Assembly (NCBI GenBank): GCA_973895155.1
Contig: OZ316893.1
Span: 17,676,770-17,740,769, forward strand
Length of the DNA stretch: 64,000 nt
Direction of reading: 5' to 3'
Source: Marsupella aquatica
Taxonomy: Eukaryota > Plantae > Marchantiophyta
In this document: one piece after another, positions 50,229 to 62,362 of the stretch
How positions within the stretch are numbered: position 1 is the first letter of the stretch
How the letters are laid out: every line of letters begins with the position of its first letter
Notes under the pieces: model-generated
The model's input: the letters and a program-made list of their open reading frames with translations, nothing else
Told to the model about the DNA's origin: nothing
Databases searched by the model: none
Translations under genes and position numbers: made by a program

Positions 50229-50960
50229 CTAAGGTTTTCTAACAAAGACTTCTTCAACATCAGCTCTGCACACATTGACAGAATCAATAATGCACTTCCA
50301 CAAATAAGTCATCCTCTTACGATCCATTCCTTGCCCATTTAATAGGATAATCCAACTTGCAGCAGGCATGAAGATTCCAGATTTCACCATCTCTATTAAT
50401 GTTGAAACAAATGTTGCATGCAAAGGCCTCTGTGATTTGTATTTGTGCGATACATACATTCGATCAACCACATTCTTGTTTGTAAGTGTTACCCTAGACT
50501 TCAAATTTGTTTTCCCATAAATAGAATGCAACTAATTACTTGCAATCATTTCTTAATCCGTGATGTTAATTAAACATTGTGTGTTTAAAATGGGTAGCTC
50601 CTAAATCTTTAAGACAATAACCAATCATTCCTTTCCAAGTATACAAGTGTCTATTTATCAACATTTACACATTACTTTACCAACAAGATTCATATTATTT
50701 ACCCCATGCCAACCCATATATTTTCTTACAAGAAACCCAAAGGACCTAGTAGATTTTGTCCTTGCTCTTACAACCATCTGGAAATGAAGATGACTCTCCA
50801 ATTCTCCTTTCTCAAGCCCAATGAGCCCTGCAACACAATGATCATGCGTAAGAGTATGGAGTTTGTGAATCTCATCTTTATGCACATCAACACCCAAGTA
50901 CCCAATTGTAATGCCTAACTCAAAGACACTATCAACCAGAGAAGCTTCATGCTTGTCTTG
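50229..50960 (-). pseudogene. Replitron HUH endonuclease (Rep) transposase, degenerate
   Basis: Motif I VFELGITIGYLGVDV; HUH motif GLEKGELESHLHFQMVVR; after a frameshift, the catalytic Tyr motif LYTWKGMIGYCLKD (~50605-50650); C-terminal YGK..LKSRVTLT.KN...TL.EMVKSG.FMP..SWII...GMD.KR...LWK resembling land-plant Replitron proteins as recalled. Confidence 0.8.
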
Positions 50961-51479
50961 TTTTCTGCTTCAAAGAAGCCATGTTAGTTTTGCACAGAGT
51001 TCTCTAGACTCACAAAAATGTTTCTGTGAATCTGTATTGCAAATACAAGAATTTAGTTCAAAAAGATAAGTTGGATAAATATCAATTGTTTTAACTATAA
51101 AGAATGTTTTTCCTTTCAATTCTACCACAATTTCATCTGGCCCTATGTTCTCAGTTGCTTGCAAAATTTGAAATGGTCGAGCTAGCAATTTCTCTTCACC
51201 TAACCTGCAAACCACAAAGCATAACTTGATATCCCTAACACAATGTGGTGACTCCTTTTCTATGTTTCCAAAATAACTAGGACCAAGTCCTCTGTTGTGT
51301 AAGGAATTATAGTGTCTCCTAGTTGTGATTCCCTGGACATTAGTACTAATACAACAAAATATGGCCTTAGTAGCAGAGGACAAACACAAGGGTTAATCAA
51401 TGTTAGAGACCTTGAACTGTTAGTACATGACCTCAATAGCAAGTATTGCACTGTTAGATGAGTCTCAAAGGTTGTTAGT

Positions 51480-51970
51480 ACATACATAATCTTGACAAAC
51501 TGAGACTGTTAGTAAGTGACCTTGACAACCTCAAACTAGTCACAACCTTGGTTAGTATGAGCTATTCTGGATAACTCAATGACTATTAGTAAGTAATGTG
51601 AGAATTCTGGATAGACTCAAGGATTGTTAGTAAGTAATGATGCCCAAGGGACTATTAGTAAATAATCCTCCCTGACTATTAATGACACCCAAGGGACTGT
51701 TAGTAAGTAATCCCGACTGACTATTAGTGACACCCAAGGGCTATTAGTAAGTAATCTCGACTGACTAGTGACCCAATGACTGTTAGTAAAATCTTGACTG
51801 ACTATTAGTGACCCAAGGACTGTTAGTAAATAACCTTGACAGACTAAAAGGGTTAGCAAATAATCTTGAGAGATTCAAACTGTTAGTAAATAATCTTCAC
51901 TCAAAACAAGGATTCAAACACTGTTCGAGACCACCTTCACTAACCCAGAATGTGCTAGAGCACTGTTAGT
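51480..51970. repeat. Degenerate short tandem array (GACT(A/G)TTAGTAAGTAA / GACACCCAAGG) upstream of the Replitron Rep
   Basis: More than 10 copies of the CT(A/G)TTAGTAA core. Confidence 0.85.
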
Positions 51971-52315
51971 AAACCAACCACTAAATAAACTAGACCAAGA
52001 CCAAGGACTAAAGAGAATTGGGCAAACACTATTAAACATTGGAACGAGGACAAGATCAAGAGCTAAGAGAGCTCTTGAAGGCAAGGCAAGAGCCGATCGA
52101 GAGAGCTCAAGGCAAGTTAAGATGAATGCTATATTGAAAACTGAAGAACTGAATGAACTGATGCAATAGAGTTAGCTTAAGTAGCTATGATCGATCAAAT
52201 TTTGTCTCACCCTTAGATTAAATGTTGAGGTTTGTATTGCCACGCACCTAAACATTTAGCCTGGAGATCAGAGAAAATAGGATTGCCTAAGTAAAACACT
52301 AAGTGAAATGTATTG

Positions 52316-52485
52316 GAGATAGGTAATCTCATCAGTTATCAATCACTTTCATCAGTCTACCTGATATCAGTTGCCACCTCATCTCAGAGAGGCCGCCAAG
52401 TTGCGATGCCGAAAAAGAAAAAAATGAAGAAAAAAAAATTCTTGAATTTTTCTTCAAAATGTTTTTTGCCATGAGGCATCCTTAC
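52316..52485 (+). mobile_element. Left end of MULE-MITE family, interrupted by copia copy 2
   Basis: GAGATAGGTAATCTCATCAGTTATCAATC...CTGATATCAGTTGCCACCTCATCTCAGAGAGGCCGCCAAGTTGCG. Confidence 0.8.
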
Positions 52486-55400
52486 TGTTGAGCATAGACG
52501 ACACTCGTAACGGTAAGCACATGACACATCCAACGTGCAAATAGTCGATACAAGAGATACATGGTTCACCTCCTCGAGGCTACGTCCACGGGAACACACA
52601 AGAGAGCTTTACTGAACTCTAAGCCCGTCAGCCATACCAAGTCTCTACAGTGTAAGCTCTCCTCATCTCTCAAGTGGCTCCATAACAATGAGCCTAAGTT
52701 CCACTTATCCAAGCAAACACCGTTTGGCATATAGTGTGCATCCTAGTTAACCTAACCACGTCTCTGACTATGGTTAGCCTAACTATGGTTACATGTCGTA
52801 ACCTAAGACCTTGAGTAAATACCTAACAATCTTCCCCTTGACTCTGGTCTAGGGGAGGGTAATACTGCTAACCTATATGATTCCTCAACGGGAAGTTCTG
52901 GATGAAAACCAACATGGTTTCCCCTCTCTCACTAGAGCAAACCAGAACTAAGTCGTAGCCTATTACTAAGAGTGAAGAAGAGCATATATCAGTAATTACA
53001 ACAAATGTTAAGAAAAACCCTTACTTGTGACGCAATTGCAAAACCTGCAGCACGTCACGATGTCTAGAGAAACTTTCCAAAGGAATCACTTTGGTAAATG
53101 CATCAGTTGGGTTGAGTTTACCGTCTATCTTGACTAGCTCAAATAAATTATCAGACACAGCCTGCCTGATAAAATGGTACTTGACATCTATGTGCTTCAC
53201 TCTACTGTCCATCACCTGGTTCACAGCAAGGTGGAGCGCACTTTGACTATCACAATGGAGCTTCACATTCCCTTGTGGCAGTCCCATTTCAGTGATAAGT
53301 CTATCCAACCAAATCGTTTCCTTTGCTGCTTCCGCTACTGCAACATACTCCGCTTCTGTAGTAGACTGAGCAATACACTTCTACAAAGTAGACCTCCAAC
53401 TTATGCATCCACCGCCAAGTGTGAACACGTACCCTGTTGTTGATCTCCTTCGGTCCAAATCTTGTCCATAGTCAGAATCTACATAGCCAATCAATGATCT
53501 CGCATTCTTTGCATTTGCATCAAATAAAAGACCATGATCCACGGTACCCTTCAAGTACCTGATAATCCACTTCACTACTTCCCAGTGTACCTTCCCTGGA
53601 TTTGATATGTATCTGCTCACCTTGCCCATAGCCATGGCAAGATCAGGTCTAGTGCAAGTCATCAAATACATGAGACTTCCCACTGCCTTATCATAAGGAA
53701 CTTTTGACATCAGCCCCTTCTCTGTTGCATCTGTGGGGCAAAAAGCTGATGAAAATATGAAGTGTGCAACCAAAGGGGTACTTACTGGCTTGCTATCCCC
53801 CATGTTGAACCTAGCAATTATCTTCCTCGCATAACTGCTTTGTGTCAACCATAGCTTACCAGCCTCCAAGTCCCTAGTGATCTCCATACCCAAAATCCTC
53901 TTAGCTGGCCCTAGGTCCTTCATCTTAAACTCTGCACTTAGTAGTGCCTTAAGCTTAACAATCTCAGACCTATCCTTGGCCGCAATAAGCATGTCATCCA
54001 CATAAAGTACTAAAACAATGAACCCAAAGACAACATTCTTCACCGGTTTCAAATATACACAAGGGTCAAACACACTCCTATGAAAACCTTGTAACCAATT
54101 CCAATTGTCAAACCGCTTGTTCCACTGTCTTGGTGACTGCTTCAACCCATACAAGGATTTCAGCAATTTGCGAACCAAATCCTCCTGTCCTCTCTTCACA
54201 AAACCTAGCGGCTATCTCATGAAGATCACCTCTTCCAAGGTGCCATAGAGGAAAGCTGTCACAATATCCATCTGATCTAGCAGCAGACCAAACATTACAA
54301 CAAGCACACACAATAGCCGTATTGTAGAGTACTTAGCAACTAGTGAGAAGACCTCATTGTAATCCATACCTTTCTCTTGTGTGAATCCCTTTGCTACCAA
54401 CCTAGCCTTGTAGACCTTCGATCCATCTCCTGCGGGATTATCCTTCAACTTGTAAATCCACTTGCTGTCCACCACTTGCTGACCCTTAGGCAGCTTAACA
54501 AGCTCCCAAGTTTTTTTGTCCTTCAGTGACTGCATCTCCGTTTGCATTGCTGCAGTCCACTTCTGCTTCTCCTTTGAAGCACTTGCCTCATGAAATGAAG
54601 AAGGTTTCCCTTCTTCCAAAATTAACCCATCACCCTCATCATCAGCTGCAAAATTGTCCTCTTGCAGTTGAGATGAATCAACCCACTGTCCATACCTAGG
54701 AGGAGCGCGTATAGTGCGACCAGATGTTCTTCTAGCCGATGACTCTGGTTGAATTGCGTCTACTGGTACAATTTGAAGCTCAACAACATCCACTTGCTGC
54801 TCACCAGCATCAACAAGCTCCTCTTGTTCCTCTGGCACAGGAACCAACTCCATACTTGGAGCACCTCCTTCTCTCTGATCATGCACTTCATGATCAATCT
54901 CCCCCTCAACAAGATCCGGGATAGGAGATTTTCCTTTGTTAGTACGGGAGACCTGAGTATTTTCCCCCTCCTTCAATAATCTGGATTCATTGAAGGAAAC
55001 ATCCCTACTGACAACGAGCTTACAGGCAATAGGATCCCATAACCTGTAGGCCTTCACACCACTCTGATACCCAAGAAAAATACATTTCTTGGATGTAGGA
55101 TCCAACTTGGTCCTATTCTGCTTTGGTGTGAGAGCATATGCATCACTTCCAAAAACTACCAAGCCATGATAGTTTGCTTGCCGCTTATAACGCATTTCAA
55201 ATGGCATTTTAAAATTGATTGTACTAGAAGGAGAAAGATTTACCAAATAAGTTGCAGTATTGACAACTTCTGCCCAAAATTTCTGTGGTAAACCTGATTG
55301 GCTCAGCATACTCTGTGATCGCTCCAATAATGTTCGATTGAGCCTCTCAGCGATACCATTCTGCTGCGAAGTATAAACTGTGGTGAGATGGCGAGTTATC

Positions 55401-56935
55401 CCCTGTTCTGCACAGTTACATTGGCCTCTCCACATACTGTATTGCCCTGCAACACATACAAATTCTTCTGTCTGCTCCCCTTCAAAATCACTATCTTTCC
55501 CGACATGACTTGAAGTTCACCATCAATTACTCGCCATTGATGACCATTTGTATCCAACACATCGAGTGAAATCAAATTCTTACGCATGCCAGGTACAAAC
55601 CTGACTCCGGACACTGTGCCGCACAATCCCCGCCGTTGTCTGACCTTAGACTCTTCACCCTTGTATCCAAAGACTTAATAGTGTTTTCTGTCTGATTCTC
55701 CACTTGGGCCTTCCACTTTGTAAAAATGGATAAGACATCAGACTTATGCGTCATGAAATAAATCCATGTACAAATCTTGAGTAATCGTCAATAAAGGATA
55801 CATAGTACAATTTTCCAGAATGTGAGGGAGTCGGGGATGGTCCCCACACGTTACTATGTATGTACTCAAGAACCGCTTTGGAACGATGAGTTCCAACACC
55901 GAAAGCACGACGATGCTGCTTTCCAAAAATGCAATGCTCACAAAAATTCAATTTACAAGACTGCAAATCAAAAATGAGCCCATTCTTCCACAAGATAGCC
56001 AAAACCTTCTCACTCATGTGGCCTAGCCGTGAATGCCACAGTTGAGTCATTTCCTTGTGAGACTTGGTTACATTGGCCTCTCCACATACTGTATTGCCCT
56101 GCAACACATACAAATTCTTCTGTCTGCTCCCCTTCAAAATCACTATCTTTCCCGACATGACTTGAAGTTCACCATCAATTACTCGCCATTGATGACCATT
56201 TGTATCCAACACATCGAGTGAAATCAAATTCTTACGCATGCCAGGTACAAACCTGACTCCGGACACTGTGCGCACAATGCCATCAAACATTTGAATCTTT
56301 ACAGACCCAATACCCTCAACTCGACAGGAGTGATCATTTCCCATCAAAACTGAACCGTTTGACACAGAATAAGAATTGAAATACTCGCGAATATAACAAA
56401 TATGAAAGGAGCAAGCACAATCAAGAATTCACACATCATTTTCTCTCCTAGATGATGTGCACAGGGCATACTCCTGACTTCATAAAACATACTCATTGAG
56501 TAAATCAACTTCTCCATCAGCACTAGCCACATTGGTTGATGAAGATTCAGCTGCCTTACCCTTACAATCCCTCTTAACGTGACCAACCTTGTGACACTTC
56601 CAGCAGACTACTGGCTTTCTCTCCTGGGACTTCCCCCTGGAAGCAAATCTTGTCATAGATTTACTTCGTCCCTTGCCATTCGTGCGCTGCTCGGGACACC
56701 GTTGTGACCTCCCACGATTCACATTCAAGGCAGCACCAGATGATGATGCTGTCTGGGCTTGACCCAACTTCTTCTGTGCATCATCTGACAGTAAAGAGCT
56801 TACCACCTCATCGTATGAAATAGACTTCAAGTCTCTATACAAGAGAACCTGCTTCAAACCCTGATAAGATGGGGGTAAGGAGCTGAGAAGAAGCAAGGCC
56901 TTGTCCTCATCTTTAACGCCCTTACCGAGATACTT
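52486..56935 (-). mobile_element. 5'-truncated copia (copy 2): gag C-terminus, degenerate pol, PPT, 343-bp 3' LTR
   Basis: LTR 52486-52828; PPT reverse complement ATCTTCCCCTT; pol fragments 53021-56365 closely match copy 1; gag 56480-56896 ends EYVL*. Confidence 0.95.
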
Positions 56936-56939
56936 TCAA

Positions 56940-59100
56940 ATCTCCAAGATACCTGGAAATTGTCATCAAATTGTTAGTATTTGCAATACAAGTTCCAGCT
57001 TGTGTACAAGCACAAAAGGAGACCACACCAAGACTAGCCCAGGGAAAGCGAGCAACTGAGACTGAGAAGATTTCCACTCTAAGTGGGTCCATAGCTTTAG
57101 ATCAGATTCAGATCAGCAGATCAACAAAACCTTCAGCCCAACACCACACTATGAGTCGAGTATGCATAGTCGTGGCAAAATGGAGCAGCAGATCAAAGCG
57201 ACAAAAATGAGAGCATTGATCCAAACCAAACCAAACCAAACCGGCTCTAAGGGCGAAGGGGCAAAGCAAAATGGTAGCTTCAAACGACAGCCTAAACAGT
57301 AGCCCCAATAGCCAACATTGCAACTCCATATATAGAGCTCATCCAAGCAGCACAACCAAGGAGAGGAGAAAACCATGATAGCAACACGAGAAGCAGATCA
57401 GATTGAGAAAGTTTGATTGAGAGCATTAGTTGAGACCACAAGTTGTCTTTTAAATACAACAACATCCAGGCAAGCTTGAGACATAACAAAGAGCATAACA
57501 ATCTCAATCTGAGTTGAGCCAAGCTGCTAGTCCAACATACACACGCGAGCCGAACAATCTCTCTCAACTTGTCTTAACCTCCTTCCCGCTCTCATATGAA
57601 TGGTGTCTCTCTTTGTCTCCAAATGCCTTTGCCTATGCACCGTGCGTCCATCTATCCGTAAACACGCTCCCTATAGCTGCGCAAAGCCAATGAACGAGAG
57701 TGGGAAGGAGGTTATTGAACCTTATATGGGCATTCTTCTTGCTGGGTCCATACTTAAGCTACGCTTAGCTAGGTAGGCAAGGCACGGGCAGGGTCACCAA
57801 GCAGCAACAGCGAGAGTCACCAAGCAGCAACAGCGAGAGTCACCAAGCAACAGCATCAAGAGCGCAACAACAGTGAGATTAATTGAGTCCAACAGCAGTT
57901 AGCGAGATGAGTTGAGTTGCTATCGAGTTCAGCTACAACATCACACATCACACATCATAGCAAGAGCTATGTTGCGATGGAATCTAGCCTCAACTTGATG
58001 GCTGGACTGCTATTAATCTGATATAGCAAGTTGACGTCCTCCAACAAGCAAGCACAAACCAAACTGGAAATCTAACATCTAGAGCATCAGCCACCAAGTG
58101 AGATCAAGTTGGAGAGCTAGCCAGACCCGAATCAATCAATCCACGCGCATCGAGAGTGAGCTTTGAAAAAATGTGGAGGGCCTGGACCCAGAGCTCAGTA
58201 GCTCACAACTCTGGAGGGCCTAGACCCAACAATGACCAGCGATGGCAGCGTCAGCTGAATCCCAAGCCCAGCTTGCGATACAACAGCGACAATACAGTAG
58301 CAATCAAGAGCATCAAGAGGTAGTAGTGACATCGAGGCAGTAGTGAGAGCATTGGGGAGTTGGTAAAAAACTCTGATCAGCATAGCACCAAGCAGCAGCA
58401 CATCAGATAGATCGAGAAGGAGCAACGGCACATCAGACAGATCAAGAACGAGCAGCAGCCCAGCACCACAACACCAGCTTCAGATCAGATCAGCTCATCC
58501 CAACACCACGACATCAGCTTCAGATCAGCAGATCAACACCAGCCCAACACCACACCATGACATCAGCTGCATCCACCATCGATCAATTGAGAGAAAACAA
58601 GATAATAGACTTGTGCAGCTGCAGCATGAGAGCATGAGGCATGACCCATAACACATCCCAAGTATGAGGCCCCAGATCCAAGCACAAGCAAGAAAGCACA
58701 GCCCAAGTACAAGGCCCCAACCTTGAACAATGATCAAAGCGAGTAGAGACTGAGCAATGCCAGCAACACATGAGAATGACAACACAAAATAATGGCCGAC
58801 TGCACAACACATGAGCAGCATCACGAGTGACAACAAAATGAGTGGCAACAACATCGAGCAACATCCCCAAAGCACGAGTAGCACAGCACATGAGCAATAA
58901 CCCCAAAGCACCTCCGATCCCCACCACTCAATCTTCCAACTTGATCGTGAGGTCCTTGCTGCCCCTATAAATACATTGTTGGGCTCTGCCCTACCAATGT
59001 ACATTTTTGAAAAATGGTGCTTTGCATACCTAGTGCCTTGGATACCAGACTAGCTACTGCCTTGGATACCCCAAGGATACCCCTTCTCCTGCATCTGATA
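56940..59100. other. Unclassified A/C-rich repetitive block (possibly a large LTR) that truncates copia copy 2; includes a 23-bp tandem repeat at ~57793-57850
   Basis: Strong strand asymmetry; GTCACCAAGCAGCAACAGCGAGA x2-3; only hydrophobic, spurious-looking ORFs. Confidence 0.35.
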
Positions 59101-61589
59101 CCCATTAGTTACATAGACTTTGAACCAAGAATGATAGCATGACATCATGGCAACGGCTACATTGGATCCCCTCTGCCCTTGCTGTCTCTATGTGTCTGAC
59201 TTGTGCTCCAACGTTTCGTTCCCGGTCATATCAATTCCCAGCCTGGTCAAATTAAGTCCTAAATACACTCAACTACCATGCTCTATTTTTGTCATAAAAT
59301 GTGTATTCAATACGACAGAATAGGCGTGGATTAGGATGAACATGCTATATTGGCTAGTTGCATTTTTAGGGACTCCATATTTTGTTATTTTTAAATTGTT
59401 GTTTCCAATAAACCCTCAAAAACCCATGGGAAGGGGGGCCTCGATAGTGTATGCTTAAAGAGAGCAAAGAGAGTCCTCATTTGTCTCTTATTTTAGGGAC
59501 TCCTGCTATTTGACTCCCACATCATTATGTCCTCTTTAAGTGAGTCGGTATCCTTCAGAGAAACTAGTTGTGCTATCTCCGTGTGTCTTTGCCATTGACC
59601 TGCTTCTTAGCCATCTTCCAAAGCCTTTTCATTAGCTTTACCTTGTTCTTCTTCTTTCTCTCTACCTCATGGACAATATGAGAAGTCGACTATGCTCTAA
59701 TGCTTGCTTGATCTTTATTGGTATGGACTCAAGCTCCCCAGGAATGATCGTGAATAAGAAATCTTGATCGCCTTACTTATGAACCCTGTTGTAGACTTAG
59801 CATAATTAGAAGGCTAACCAATCTAACCATACATCATCCCAAGAATGGTCTAAGCATCGGACTTCTCCTCAACCAAATTCTTCCTCCCTTTGAATATCCT
59901 CCAACCAGGGTCCTCCCAACAGATCCTTCTCCATCTCTGCATCTGGTCCTGGATATTGGTCTTGCTCCTCCTCCCTTCGGTCTACTTCTATGAAGCCACA
60001 GCCTACTACTTGTCTATCAATCCTCGTGTGATGCCCTGTTGGGGATCACTATTAGAATAAATATCATGGGTATATATCCTTAATTGTATGCATACTAGTT
60101 GAGATAGGTAACATCATCAGTTATCAGTGACTGATAACTGATATCAATCACTAATATCAGTGAAGGGTCCATAGTGAGGGGATGTGGGCGAGGTCGCTGA
60201 CATTGGCAAGGATATATCGCCAAACTCACCAACATTGTAAAATCATTTTTGTGGAGCTTATATGTGATTTTTGTACACTTTAATGCGACAAAAAAGAATA
60301 TCAGCGAGATAGCCGACTTGATCTTTACTAGAAAATATTGGAAATTCATACATTGTCATTCCTTGGTGGGTTAGACACTACTCTTGGTTGTTCCGTCATG
60401 GGAAAAGCTCTCGACGAGGGTCGCCGACTTCACTAAGCTACCTGCTCAAAACTAAGCTACTTTCTCAAAACCACAAAATGTGTCTAACCTTGTTTCCTCT
60501 TCTCTGTCAAGAGCTGAGGAGCTTCATTATCTGGTAACGCAATCAACATGACGATGGGATGCTTCCTGGAATGATCTCGTTTCCTCTTTTCTGTCAAGTG
60601 CTGAGAAGCTTCATTATCAGGTAACGCGATCGACATTACAATTGCTTCCTTGGCCAACCTTGTTTCCTCTTCTGTGGGACAATGGGTGTGTGCCTATCTT
60701 GGACACCGATCATAGACTCCAGTCCGGCCATGGTTGACACTCCTATAATTGGTGATCCAAAAATAGTCTCAAGAGCTTGGATATGGCTACTCCTTGGGCG
60801 CCTCCATTTCCTTCCTGAAGAGGTGCTCTCCCCTGATGAGAAAGAATGGGGAAAATGTGAGGGCGCACTGCGCTGCCACATTGCCTTCACCTCCATCTTT
60901 GTTTGCGCCATGTTTACAAGGACTTTGATAACAATGATTCTGGTATGGAATGACTGATTCACATACTTCATATATCCAATGTCCGCTCATATATCACACC
61001 AAATGTGTACAAACAAAGATCGGGCAGAAAGCAATCATCGTATAACGGGTACATGTCTAATTATTCACGTCCATGTCAGGTCCCGTCAACACTATCAAGT
61101 CCGTGTTGAGGTGACCTGCAATGGTTGAGACAATCATCAACATTACCCCTAATGATTCAACAATCATTGGTATCCTACCATATTCAAGTCAACCCTCGTA
61201 ATAACGACTACATGTCTTCGGCCAATGCAAATGAGTTTATGGTGATTTGACCTCTAACGGTCATAGATGTTTTAACCATCATGATTAGTTTTTGGGACTA
61301 TACAAGCGCTTTGTCATCCTCACGCCATTGTACGTCATCCCATGTCGGCAAGGGTCTATGAGATTGGAGGCCAGTGAAGTGAGAGGGTCTCCAAGTTTTG
61401 GCGGTGTTTTATTGACCTCTAACGGTCAAACCTTTTTTACCATCATGATTAGTTTTTGGGATTATAGTACAAGCACTTCATCATCGTCACTCTACTATAG
61501 GCTTTGCATGCACATTTGGGTATTCATCATTGTATTTTGGCAAGGGTCTCTGACATCATTTGAAACGGAATATTGTTAATTCCATCTTG

Positions 61590-61990
61590 GAGAGGGTCTC
61601 TGAGAGACAAGGTGTATGTTGTAGCTAACCTTTAAAATTGTTATTTAAGAGGATCAACAAGTTGTGTCGTCTGACCAAAGTACATCATCCCATGTCAAAG
61701 AGGGTCTCTGAGAGACACGGTGTATGTTGTAGCTAACCTTTAAAATTGTTATTTAAGAGGGTCAACAAGTTGTGTCGTCTGACCAAAGTACATCATCCCA
61801 TGTCAAAGAGGGTCTCTGAGAGACACGGTGTATGTTGTAGCTAATCTTTAAAATTGTTAAGAGGGTCAACAAGTTGTGTTGTCTGACCAAACTGCGTCAT
61901 CTCATGTCAGAGAGGGACTCTGAGAGACACATTGTGTTGTCTAGCAAAAGTACGTCATCCCATGTTGGCAAGGGTCTCTAAGATTGGAGG
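61590..61990. repeat. ~108-bp tandem array (3-4 copies)
   Basis: GAGGGTCTCTGAGAGACA.GGTGTATGTTGTAGCTAA.CTTTAAAATTGTTA... at ~61592, 61700, 61809 and 61913. Confidence 0.92.
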
Positions 61991-62034
61991 CTATCGTAAA
62001 GTTCTATTGTCACCTAGAGCAATCTGAGGCACAC

Positions 62035-62362
62035 AAGCATATCTCAAAGAGGGCCTCCGAGATCTGGCCAACAATCATCTTAGAGACCCTCGCCAAGTTT
62101 TGCATGTCGGCAAGGTGGTCAACATTGGCGATCTGAAGTACGCCAGCATATCTCGGAGAAGGCCGCCAAGATCTGGCCAACAATCATCTCAGAGTCCCTC
62201 GTCGAGTTTGCATGTCAGCGAGGTGGTCAACTTTGGCGATCTAATGTACGTTAAGCAATCTAACGTATGTCAGCATATCTTGGAGAAGGCCGCCAAGATC
62301 TGGCCAAGATTCATCTCAGAGACCCAAGCCAAGTTTTGAATGTCGGCGAGGTAGTCGACATT
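62035..62362. repeat. ~110-130-bp tandem array (3 copies)
   Basis: GCATATCT..AGAAGGCCGCCAAGATCTGGCCAA...TCATCTCAGAG.CCC..G.C.AGTTT..ATGTC.GC.AGGT repeated. Confidence 0.88.

Noticed and set aside
57108-59004. Hydrophobic Leu/Cys-rich ORFs as env-like membrane proteins
   Set aside because: Translation of TG-rich low-complexity DNA in several frames; no coherent long ORF.
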